Part shown: one piece after another, positions 49,240 through 61,200 of the stretch | Position numbering within the stretch: position 1 is the first letter of the stretch | How the letters are laid out: every line of letters begins with the position of its first letter | NCBI GenBank assembly: GCA_044221725.1 | Contig: JBGAON010000001.1 | Coordinates: 160,001-224,000, forward strand | Reading direction: 5' to 3' | DNA: 64,000 nt | Origin: Elusimicrobiota bacterium | GTDB taxonomy: Bacteria; Elusimicrobiota; Elusimicrobia; F11 | The notes under the pieces: model-generated | Told to the model about the DNA's origin: nothing | What the model saw: the letters and a program-made list of their open reading frames with translations, nothing else | Databases searched by the model: none | Program-made: the position numbers and the translations under genes

Positions 49240-52200
49240 AGCGAAATCACTTCAGTCCAAAAAAACTTGGAGCATTCGCGATTTTTCTTTCGCTATTTGC
49301 GGGAATCTCGAAATCGTTGTTCGCCATAACCGAAGGCCACGTTGTATACGGCGGTGCGGATCAACGAACCGTGGTGTCATCGTTTACGTCCACGGGCTGG
49401 GGAACTGCTCAGTTCTCGTTGCCGGCGAAAGACGATGGAGCGGGCGGTACCGTCGATTGGGATAAAGGGCCTGTGACTTACGCGATAATCAAATCGGCGC
49501 CATCCTGGTCGTCAAACGCTGGGCAAAAAGTTCTTGTTACGTTGGATACGCAATGTCGAATCATCGCCCAGGTTTACGATCCCAACAATCAAACATGGGG
49601 AGAACCAGAATGGATTAACAGCGACCTCATTGAAACCGACAAAGCCACATTTAACTACGGCACCTATCGCTTTTTTGACGTAGCTTATTCGTCGGAAACC
49701 CCCGTTATTTTTTATGCCAACCGGACGAATGCTCTTGCGACAAACAACCTAGGCTATAAAACATGGACCGGTTCCGATTGGGACAACACTATCAACGCGC
49801 CAGGAAATGGTGATCCGGGGCAGGTTGTTTGGGTAAAAGCGGTGACCAATCCCGTGGTAAGCAAATCGACCGAAGTTGCGGTTGTAACCATGGATAATGC
49901 TTACGATGTACAAGCAATTATTTATAACGGTTTTGGTTTTGTGCAAACAAGTACGCGTATGTTCACCGCGGATACGATCAACAGCGCGAATTACACATCA
50001 TGGGATATTGCCTATGAACAAAACAGTGGCCAACTTCGTGTATGGTACGCGGTAAATGGTAACACGATTCTCCAGGGAGCATCGTATGATGCGCCGAACT
50101 GGAATACGAATAGCGGCGACGGTTCCGATGCACTTGCCGCTATTCGGGAAGTAAAAGCTTATCCTCGTCCCAATTCGAATGATATTGCGGTTCTCTTAAA
50201 GACCAATGGTAACAATCTTAGCGGCGCGCTTTGGAATGACAACACGTTCAATGCGAGTTGGACCAATTCGCTGAACGGCGGTACCACCCTTTCAACTCTT
50301 CAATTTCCAAATGGTGGTTTTGATGGCGCTTGGACCACCGGCTTAAGTTCATTTACGGCGGTATACCTCCGGACGGCTTCCGTAAATGCTTTCCGTGCCC
50401 GTACCATTAGTAGCGCCACATGGACGGCAGAAATGGCAACAGCTCTCCCGAATTTGGATGCTACGCTAACTTCCTACGACACCGTGGTTGCTGTTGCTAC
50501 CGCAGCAGCAGGGTGCAACACCATCCAGGCCATGTTAACGGGTCGAGATTCTTTTTCGCAAGCAACGGCAGGTTACCGCGGAACGTCACGCATGATAGGA
50601 ATTAGCGTGGATGTCGCCGCACAGTCTTATGGGTCTGTCACTGATTTCGATAGAAACATTACTTTCGATGGATATCAGCCTTATGCCTTTTTGAACAATG
50701 AACTGTATTACCATCGGTATACAGCCCGTCCCAACTTGCGCCAGTTGGACACGGGAGGTGCTTGGACTCCCGAAACAAATTTGACGTCATCCACGAGTAC
50801 AATCAGATTTACACAAATCGCGTCGTCTCCAAAGCGCGATGAAAAAATTGTTGCAACATTGGATTCAAACGGCATTTTAAATGCCTTCGTGTTGCGCAGC
50901 GGAATTCTTTTTAGCTCAAAGACAATAGCCACAAACCTGTTGAACGCCGGTCCGAATGATTTTATCTGGACACCTTCTTTTGATGTGGCCTATGAAAATA
51001 CCAGCGGCAAGGCGATGATTGCCTATCCAAATCCCGGGAACGTTCGTTTTGATTATCGTCTGTGGGATCCGACGAATGCAACGTGGGGAGCCGCCGGAAC
51101 GGCTCCGTTCACGACGCAGTCCGGGCGTCCCTGGTGGATCAAACTTCGAACGAATCCGAAAACCAATTCCAATGAAATCCTTGCTGTGACGTTGGATTCA
51201 GCAGCCGATATATATGGATATGTATGGGACGCCGCGAATGCCACATTTAATACCTATTCGGCTCAAAATATTTCCGCGAACGCTGAGCATGCCACGGGCA
51301 CCAACGTGCCTCGTTACGAAACCTACGACGTCGCTTACGAACAGGGAACGGGGCGCGGAATGGTCGTATGGGATGAAGATGCGAACGATACTTTTCGATA
51401 TTGCTTCTGGGTTTCCACGGCTGCCACTCCAACATGGGATTGTCCGGGAACTCCGCCAACAGCGGGGTACAGTGGTCGCGATACCACCCAAAACGGGGCT
51501 GCCCTCCCGCGGGCATTCAAGTTAAAAGCAGATCCGAATAGCAATCAGCTCGCCTTGGCAGTGGCAGTAAGTACCGCCAATATGTATGTGAATATTTGGT
51601 CGGGTTCCGCATGGGGAACGGCCGCGGGGAGCGGTGAATCTCAAGGGCTGATTGCCGGAATCGAAGATGTGAACTCTTATAAGGGAAGTTTCGATTTGGC
51701 CTGGGAAGGAATTGGTGGATCGGAAGTTGTGTTGGCCGTGGCCCGGGCCGGTACGGCAAACTTGCAGTTTGCCTACACCAGTACCGGGACTTGGACTGTT
51801 CCGGCGGGCCTTATCGGTACGTTTGGTGACGCGGAGTATGTGCGAGCCTATGGAGATCCGTATTCAGATCGCATAGCGTTTATTGCTGACAACGAAAAAG
51901 GGCGGTTACAGAGCGTAATTTGGCAAGGGAGCGCCTTGGCTTCTGGAAATTCCAACCCGTTTGGCTCCAGCACCCCATGGGGCCGCCAAATCGATTTGCA
52001 AACACAATTCGGACCATGGGCGTTTTCTTGGACCCGAGACTACACAGCTCCCACCACAGTTGTACAGTTGCCTCAGCCGGGGACGTATTACTTCAGTTTG
52101 CCAACCATTACCGGCACGCTTTCTGATCCAACCCCGAATAACAGCGGAGCTTCGGCGGAGAGTGTTCGGCTTCAACGACAGAGTGATTTTAAATATTGGA

Positions 52201-55200
52201 ACGGTTTGGACTGGCAAGCGAGCAGCGTCTTTGTCTCAACCACGCTGACTTCCAGCACACAGTGGGCCTTCAATGTTCCGCTATCGTCATGGACGCATGG
52301 TGTAGCCTACAAGTTAAATTATTACGCCTCTGACTACGAGCAGAATTTCGAAGCCTGGGTTTCCACAATCAATTTTGTTTATGACGTTAATCAGCCAACC
52401 GTGACGTTGGTAACGCCCACCAACATGCAGTTTTTTAAGACGCCACCGGTCATCACCGGTACCGCAAACGATTCCGACGCCGACGTTAAGATGGTCGAAA
52501 TCAGTATTCAGAAAAATGGCGCATCCACGAAGTGGTTTGACGGAGGCGATTTCATTGCCGGATTCAACCCTTCCGGCAACCATACAAATTGGTTGGTCAC
52601 TTCCACTTCCAACGCAGGCTCTTACACAACATTCTCCTATGATATGCAGGCGATCTACAATCTTGGCAAACTCACCGATGCCACTTATTACGCGCAAGTC
52701 GTTGTGAAAGACAATGCGAATGACGGTGCCGGTAATTATCAGTATGGTATCTCAACGCAATCGGTTTCGTTCGTATACGATGGCACACCACCCACGTCAG
52801 GAGTTATTCAGCCCCAAAACGGGGCAAAGATAAACAACCCGGCGTCGATCTCAGGAACAGCAGCGGATCCGGCACCCATTGCGGCCAACCGAGCCGTTTT
52901 TGTCGCGATCTTAAAAAACAATGGATCCTCCACATGGTGGAACCAAAACCAAGCGATACCCGGTTGGAGCAGTTCCGTCCCTCCAATTTGGAATCTCGTC
53001 ACAAGCACAGTTGGAATACTTTCGGCGTCTGCGACGTCATGGATCTATTCTCCGGGCACGTTGGGCAGCCAAATGAGTTCCGGGCTCGATTACGTAATTC
53101 TTAGTTCCGCTGTTGATCAGGCGGGCAATGCGCAGTCGAGCTTGACGGTGGGAGTGTCATCGATCACAATTCGCGTTGATAAATCAGGTCCGATCTCCAC
53201 AATTACGTTGCCGGCCGACAGTGGCGCAGCGGGACAGGGTCGATACACTCCGGGCAACATCGGGTACGACAACAGTGGTTCGGGTGGCGCGAACACTCGG
53301 TTTGTTGGTGCTGTATCCGATACGGGTGGTGCCGGCGTGAAAACGAACTATATCCGCCTTTCCTATTTAAATGGGTCAACCACGCAGTATTGGAACGGCA
53401 CAGACTTCAGCGAACTATACTCAACGAACGGATGGCAAAACACTTCGAATACACTTTGGAGATACGACACGGATGTGCCGGCGGCCGCATTTGTTGCAGT
53501 TCTAAACGGATCCGGACATCGGCAATTTACACTTGAATCTCGCGCCGAAGATAATACGACGAACTGGGATGGTACGGGTTCCGGAAATTTCCAAACGACC
53601 TATGCGACAACGACCTTTATTATCGACAATTCGCCACCGGTCCTAGGAATATCAACTCCTACCGTCACGCAAATGACGACGTTATCGCTGATTTCCGGAA
53701 CAGCAGACGCGACGTTGGCCGATTTAAACTATGTAGAAATAAAAATTTCGACGAACGGGACCGGTCAGCTTTATTATTGGACCGGTTCCAGTTGGACAAC
53801 CACGGTGACATGGTTGTCAACCACGAAAGATAGTTCGGCGGCTTGGCATTACACGGTACCGTCGACGTTAATTGGTGATTCCAGTTACACCGTTGCGGCG
53901 CGTGCGCTTGACTATGCCGGGCAATACTCGACCGTGTATTCCACTCGGATATTTACCATTGATACGTCAAGTCCGACCGTGACGATCACGGCGCCTGCCG
54001 ACGGTGCGACATATTCGCAGGTTCAAACGTCGACACCCATGGCTGGAACCGTCATTGATCCCGGGGCGTTTGCGACAGGTGCTTCGACGGCTTCAATATC
54101 CCTTGTCGATTTGGATGGAGGCGGGAATAACTATTTTAATGGTTCGAGTTTTACAACGGGTGGTCCTTATTATGTTCCGGTGACGGGCGCGGGACTTAAC
54201 CCCTGGTCGTTTAATTTGTCGACGTTGACATTTATTAACGATCACCATTACACGGTGAACGCAAGCGGAAGAGACGCCATCGGAAACACCACTGTTTCTC
54301 CGACCAGCACATTCTTTTATGACACTGAAATCCCGACATCAACGATTCGGGCGCCTTCCCCTGGATATGTCTCCAGTCTTACCCAAATAACCGGCACGGC
54401 AATCGATGAGCGATTTGGCGTACGCAATTATGAAGCAAAATTAGGAACATATACGGTCGGTGTAGCCGTCTATGATGTGCAGGCGAACAAGTGGTTTGAT
54501 AACACAAACGATTTCAACTCTGCGAACCCGACGTATTTTCAAGTTTCAAACGATACGACGACGAGTCCAAACGTGTGGAGCTATACCGTTCCGGGGACGA
54601 TTATTTCCAAATTGGTGGACGGAAAATCGTATCGAATCGTTTCGCGCGCCGTGGATTTGGCAGGCAATGCCGAATTTGCCTCGAGCACCGCACCTGTGGG
54701 TGTGGGCATCACAATCATCTACGATCCAAATCCGCCCACCACAACAATAACCAATCCGTACGATTCAACGCCGTCGGCTGATACCACGCCGCGCATTTCT
54801 ACCGTTACAGCGTGGGGAAGTTTGCCGTCCACAATAATCGGCGAAGCTGCGGACGGTTCGGGCGCCGGAAACGGCGTGAATTTGGTTCAGCTCCGAATAT
54901 GGAAATCGGATCCGTCGATGTATTGGCAGAATGGGTCCGACTATTCGGCAAGCGCCTATTCCATTGATCCGACGGCGGCAAGTACAGCCTGGTTCAATGC
55001 GCAAACGACCAATAGCTGGGTGAATTGGTACAGCACATTCACGTATCTGTCCGATTACAAATATCACATAGAAGTTCGTGCTCGCGATCTAAGTGGACAA
55101 TTTTCAACCGCGTATGCCACGTCGAGCTTCATCATGGATCAAAATGTGCCGCAGTCGGGAATACTCGTTCCCGCGGACCAGTCCTACATGAAAAGTCTTG

Positions 55201-58200
55201 CCGAAATTACCGGTACGATGGCGGAAACCGGCAGTCGATATCAGGGCACCGTCTCGCCGGTGAAGATCGCCATTCGGCAGTTGGGCCCTCCGTCCGCGGG
55301 TACCAATAAGTGGTGGGATAATGGAAACAAGACATTCACATTAAACAACCCGCCCACAACTGACAACGCAACGCTGTATGTTTCGTCATGGAGCTTCAAC
55401 GGAATTACAAGCGGCGATCTAACTTCTGGAACTTCCTATTACATTACATCGAAAGCCATGGATGATTCTTCTCCGGTCAACGACGAAGGTTTCGGAAACG
55501 TTCGATCGTCAACTTTCACGTGGGATATTGTGGTTCCGACAGCAACAATATTCGTCCCGAATGCGGGCGGTTTCCCGCCATCGTCTGTTCTCGGTGCAAG
55601 TCCGGTCTTCTATGGCGGTTATTGGGACACTCATACGGGAATCGCCACCAATCCGTTGTGTGCGAACCGCAATGACACCACGAGCGGCACGAGCCGAATT
55701 GAGTATCTGTTGTCGAATCGTTCCGAAAATCCCGTTATCTATTGGAGACCGGATTACGACGTAGGTCAAAATCTACTTTTGACGGGTTCTTGGGTTTCAA
55801 CGGAACCTACCGATTGGCCTGACGCATGCGTGTTTGGAAGTTCGTGGACGATCACCAGCCCCGATCTCAGTGGATATGCAGGCGAAAATTTTGGATTGGT
55901 TGTGCGCGCCCAGGATCGCGCCGGGAATGTGCAGACCGTATTTACTGTGGGTGTCGCTTCAAATTCGTTTACCGTTGACACGCAAGTCCCCGACGTGAGA
56001 GTGACGGCACCCGTTGAAACTTATCGGAATACGCTGGCCGCCATATCCGCTACCGCTTCGGACAATTTGGCGACAGTTACCTCCGTGGACGTTCGAATCT
56101 CAAGCAAATCGGCGGGCGTTTGCCCGGGCGATGCGAGCTGCCGTTTTTGGGATGGATCGTATTGGGTTTCAAGCTCGTCGTGGATGGCAGTTTCATTTGT
56201 CAGCGGAAACGATTGGGCCTATACGGTTCCTGGCGGTATCGGTTTCATTGACGGTTTGAGTTACACCGTAGAAGTTCGCGGTACCGATTCCTCCGGAAAT
56301 CAAGGGAATATTGCGGGAGCTTCGGACAAATCCAAAACGTTCAAGTGGGATGTCACACCCCCATCGACATCGTTGGACAAAATTAATGGCGGAGCGGCTG
56401 GAACGCTGGTAAACGATCAAGCGTACAATTCGATGACAAGCTTCGGAGGATCTGCCTCCGATACATCCCCCGGGCTCGTCCAGTCCGTGGATATGTATAT
56501 AAAGGAAGGTGGCGGATCCGGCTCGGGCAGTGGTGTGTATTGGAATGGCGTTTCATTCAGTCCGGTGGCGAGCGCGGTTTGGCCGTTCCATTTTGTAACC
56601 ACCAATTTCTCTACAGCGACCAGTGCGATTCCGTGGGTTAACGGTCAGACATATTGGCTTCGTGCGAAAGCTCTCGACTATGCCGATAACGAAGAAGGGG
56701 GCATTGGCGTCGGCGGCACAATCGTAAAGGTTCATTACGATACGGAAAAACCTGTGAGCAAGATCACAAACGTCACAAACAATTCCTATGTGAGATCTTT
56801 GAGCACATTAAGTGGTACGGCGTCCGATATCGGCACGGGTGCAAATCCGGGATCAACGAGCAATGTTTATCTGCATCTTTACCGGAATGCTCCGTCCAAC
56901 TTAACCTGGAATTGGGACACCGCAGCATGGGATTCCGACGACGATGAGTCGAATATTGCCGATCCAGCAAGTTCCGTTTACTGGAGCACAACGAGTTACA
57001 CCGCCGGCGCGGGCGTGGGTATCGCAAGCGGCACGTGGACGCGAGCGCTTCCAAGTTTTACGGGTCTGTCTGGCAATACGTTTCGTTTGCTTGTTCGCGC
57101 AAAAGATTGGGCCGGGAATGTTGAGATTAACCCTTCCACTGCAACATTCACTTTGGACCAGTATCAGGTTGGTCCCCCCGAGCGCCCCAAAGCGATTGTT
57201 TCTTACCCGACGAGCGGAATGCACACGCCGACAAAATTAACAACGATCTCGGGAACCGGGCAGGATAACACGGGCGGGCAGCTCGCATCCGTTGGGGTAC
57301 TTTTACGCCGTTTCAATTCCAACGGCACAACCGATTATTGGGGAGGGTTCGCCTGGGGCGCTGAGCCGGGCGTATGGCCCACCGCTGTCGCTGTGGACGG
57401 GTCATTTAATTCCAGCAGCGAGGAATTCACTTTTGCAATGCCCGGGCCTGCCGAATGGACCGACGACATTCAATACGAAATCCGCGCCCGAGCGATTGAC
57501 GCGGCCGGCAATCAATCTCAGATTGAACTTTCGACGACGGTTTTCACGTACGATCCCACGGCCCCGGATACGGCCATCACATTCCCTGTGAACTCCGGGT
57601 ATATCTCTCAAACCGGAAATATCTCGGGAACCGCATCCGACACGGGCGCTGGCCAGGCGAATCTCGTGCAGGTCCGCGTTCGTCGCTATTCGGATAACAA
57701 ATTCCTCGATATCTCGGGCGGCCTTCCGGGTTCGTGGGTGGTGGACTCTTCGTCGAATACATGGAACGACACGGTGCCGTCGGGTAGCGGGCCGTGGACG
57801 TGGACGTTGTCGACCGCGGCGTGGGTGACCGGTGAAACATACGAAGCCAATGCGCGGGCGCGCGACCGTGCGTTAAACTACGATCTTTCTTTTTCCACGG
57901 TCACATTCGCAGCGGACTTTTTGGCTCCCACCTCTGTTGTCACTGGCCCCAGTAACGGTAGTTCAATATCGAGCCTAACGAGTTTGACCGGAACCGCGAT
58001 CGACAATGGTCCTTCGGGAGTCTCGAGGGTTTATGTGGCTGTCTATGGCGTGTCGCAAAACGCCTGGTGGAACAAAACCACGACCGGAACATTCAATTTG
58101 GCGGACGCCGGCGGATTGCCAGTAGATGCTCCGTCCGCGCTGTCGAACTATTGGGTTTTGGCAACAACGTCGGCCGGTGGTCCAATCAATTGGCTTGCCA

Positions 58201-61200
58201 CGGGGTCGTCCACGCCCACATTCCCGATCACGGGCGATTACCAGGTGCTGTCGGTGGCCGTTGATATTGCATCCAATATTGAATCGTTGCCCACGAGTGC
58301 CGCGCCGAATTCAAATCGCATCTCTTTCAGTTGGGTTCCGCCGGTACCCCAGTCCGTCATTCAAAAACCCGATGGATCGAATCCTCACTACAAGTCGAGC
58401 TTGGTCACCATCTCCGGTACGGCGAACAGTCCAACGGCAACAGGAGAGGAAATTCGGATAAAAGACATTACCAACGCGGGTTCCCACCTCGTCTGGAACG
58501 GACTGATTTGGGTGAGCAGTTCAAGTACATCGGGATGGGTGGCGGCCAGTTTTGGGTCGGCTCCGACGTGGAGTTATTCGGTTCCGAGCAGTTCCTGGAC
58601 CACTATTCATAGGTATCAGATCGAAGCGCGCGCCACCGGAGTTCCCACGGAAAGCCCTGTGCAGGGACCGATTTCATTTTATGTCGACGATGGAAATCCA
58701 ACCGCGACAATTGTGATGCCGGATGTTGCTTACAAAAACTCGCTGCCGATCATTTCCGGTTCGGCTTCAGATGATGGCGATTCCTTGCCCAGTGCCAACA
58801 AGACGGTTTATTTCCGTATAAAACGAACTTTGCCCTCGACGCAATACTGGGTAAGTGTTTCTTCTTCATTTGTTAACGATACGTCAATAAATTGCATAAG
58901 CGCAGTTGATAACTCATGTTTGCCGGCCACAAATCTCGGTGGGGGCATTTACAGCGTTACGCATTCAAGTTTTGTGAGTGGCGCTATTTTCGATCCCGGG
59001 GCCAGTTACACAGTGTACGAGGTGGTTAAAGACCGAGCGGGAAATGGTTACAGCACAAGTTTTGATTTCACGTGGGATGTGCTTGCGGCGACAGCGGGAA
59101 TTACTCGCCCCACGGCGTCGCAGCCAATCAATTCCCTGACGACAATTTCTGGAACAGCTGCCGACGATTTTTCTGTGTACGCGACGAGCATTTCGCTTCA
59201 GTCATTGAAAAATAACCAATGCTACGATCCGAATACAAACTTTTTCACTCAGGCATGTCCGTACTGGATCGCTACGAGCTCGGATGTTTCTGCTAACTGG
59301 CAATATGTAGATTCGAACATCAATGTGCGGCTGGGAGAAAGCAACACCTTTTACGTCTTGTTGGCGCGCGCCAATGACGTTGCCGGCAATCCGCAAGTTA
59401 ATTTCGTAGCAGGTGTTTCCTCGCGAACGTTTTTAGCAGACACAGTGGCTCCGCAGGTGGCCGTTACGTTTCCTGTTCATAATTCGATTTATAAAGGAAG
59501 TCTGATTAGTGGCGGCGGTTTTCCATTTGTTGGAACAGCAACCGATCCAGGTTCGCCATTTAATGCCGGCATTCGAAAAGTTCAGAATCGGCTTTCCTAT
59601 CTATTAAATGGCGATACCTGGTATTGGCAACCGGGACAAACGGCGTTCTCGTCCGGAACAGCGGTGGCCAGCAGTGGATGGTTCAATACATCGAACAATG
59701 CGTGGGCGTATTTTGGCGCGGTGACATGGGGGGGAACCGATCGGCAATACATACTGGAAGCCCGTGCGGAGGACGCGTCCTATTTTCCAGACGGAACGGC
59801 CACCGGAAATACGAGCGTCCCGGCAACGCTTGGCACCGACATAATCAACTTCATCGTTGATGATACGCCGCCCTCCGAAGCGATCACCGTGCCGTCGCCA
59901 ACAAACGTGCCGGGTCTAACTCTTATCTCGGGCACGGCCAATGCAACACTCTCCGGTTTAAGCCGCGTTGAGGTAAAAATTTCAACGGGCGTAGGAACAC
60001 TTTATTATTGGACGTCCTCTTCGTGGACCACCGTGGAAACTTGGCTCAACTCAGCAGCGGACAGTCAAACGGCGTGGCATTACACGGTGTCGGGCTCAAT
60101 GGTGAACGATGCCACTTATACTGTCGTAGCTCGTGCGCTTGATAATGCGGGTAATTACGCGACCACTTACTCGACGAAATCGTTCACAGTGGATTTGACA
60201 ACGCCCACCGCCTCGATAACATTTCCCACCAGCAATTCGACGTTTGCACGCTATTCGCAAATTGTCGTTTCAACTCCGGTGGCGGGAACGGCGTCGGATT
60301 CCGGTTCTTACTCGACGCAGCTTTCAACCGTGCAAATTTCGATCCATGACAATACGTCAAACAACGATTTCAACGGCGCAACTTTTGCCGGAGGAGGCCC
60401 GTACTTTTTGGGTGCTAACGGCGGATCGCTAGCCGCTTGGACCTTTAATAGCGGACTTCTCTCGCTGACGAACGATCATCAATATCAAGTGACCGCTCGC
60501 ACCAGCGACAATGCGGGAAATTATTCGGATTCGACGACGGTAACGTTTGAGTACGATATCGAAATTCCCACGTCCGCAATTACGTCTCCGGCAACAGGAA
60601 TTCGGTCGAATGTAAGCACGGTCAATGGAACCGCGAGCGACGAGCGCTTCGGCGCGCGCAGCTACGAAGCGAAAATGGGAACCTATACCGTCGGCGTCGC
60701 CATTCTTAGTGTGTCCGACGGGAAGTGGTGGGATGAGAGTCAGGTTGATTTTCAGGCCACCAATCCCATTTATTACGAGGCCGTTAATTCGACAACCGTG
60801 GCTCCCAACACGTGGTCCTATGCGGTTCCAGCGCCCCTCATCGGAATGTTAATCGACGGGAATGTTTATCGATTCGTATCTCGTTCTGTTGATTTGGCTG
60901 GCAATGTTGAATTTGGGGCGAGTACGGCGCCCGCGGGAATTGGCGTGAATGTTACGTACGATGCCACGCCGCCTTCCGTATCGATTGGTTCTCCGGTGGA
61001 CGCGACGCCCGCAGACGACACGCAGCCGCGTCTGTCCAGCTTGGGAACAATTTCCGGAGCCACAAACGACGGAACGGGCACCGGTGCCAATCTTGTGCAA
61101 GTTCGCATTTACAAATCAGATCCAGCACGATATTGGTCGTTCGGATCTGATTATTCGGCATCCGCGTTTACGATTAATACGTCGGCAGCGGATACGGCAT

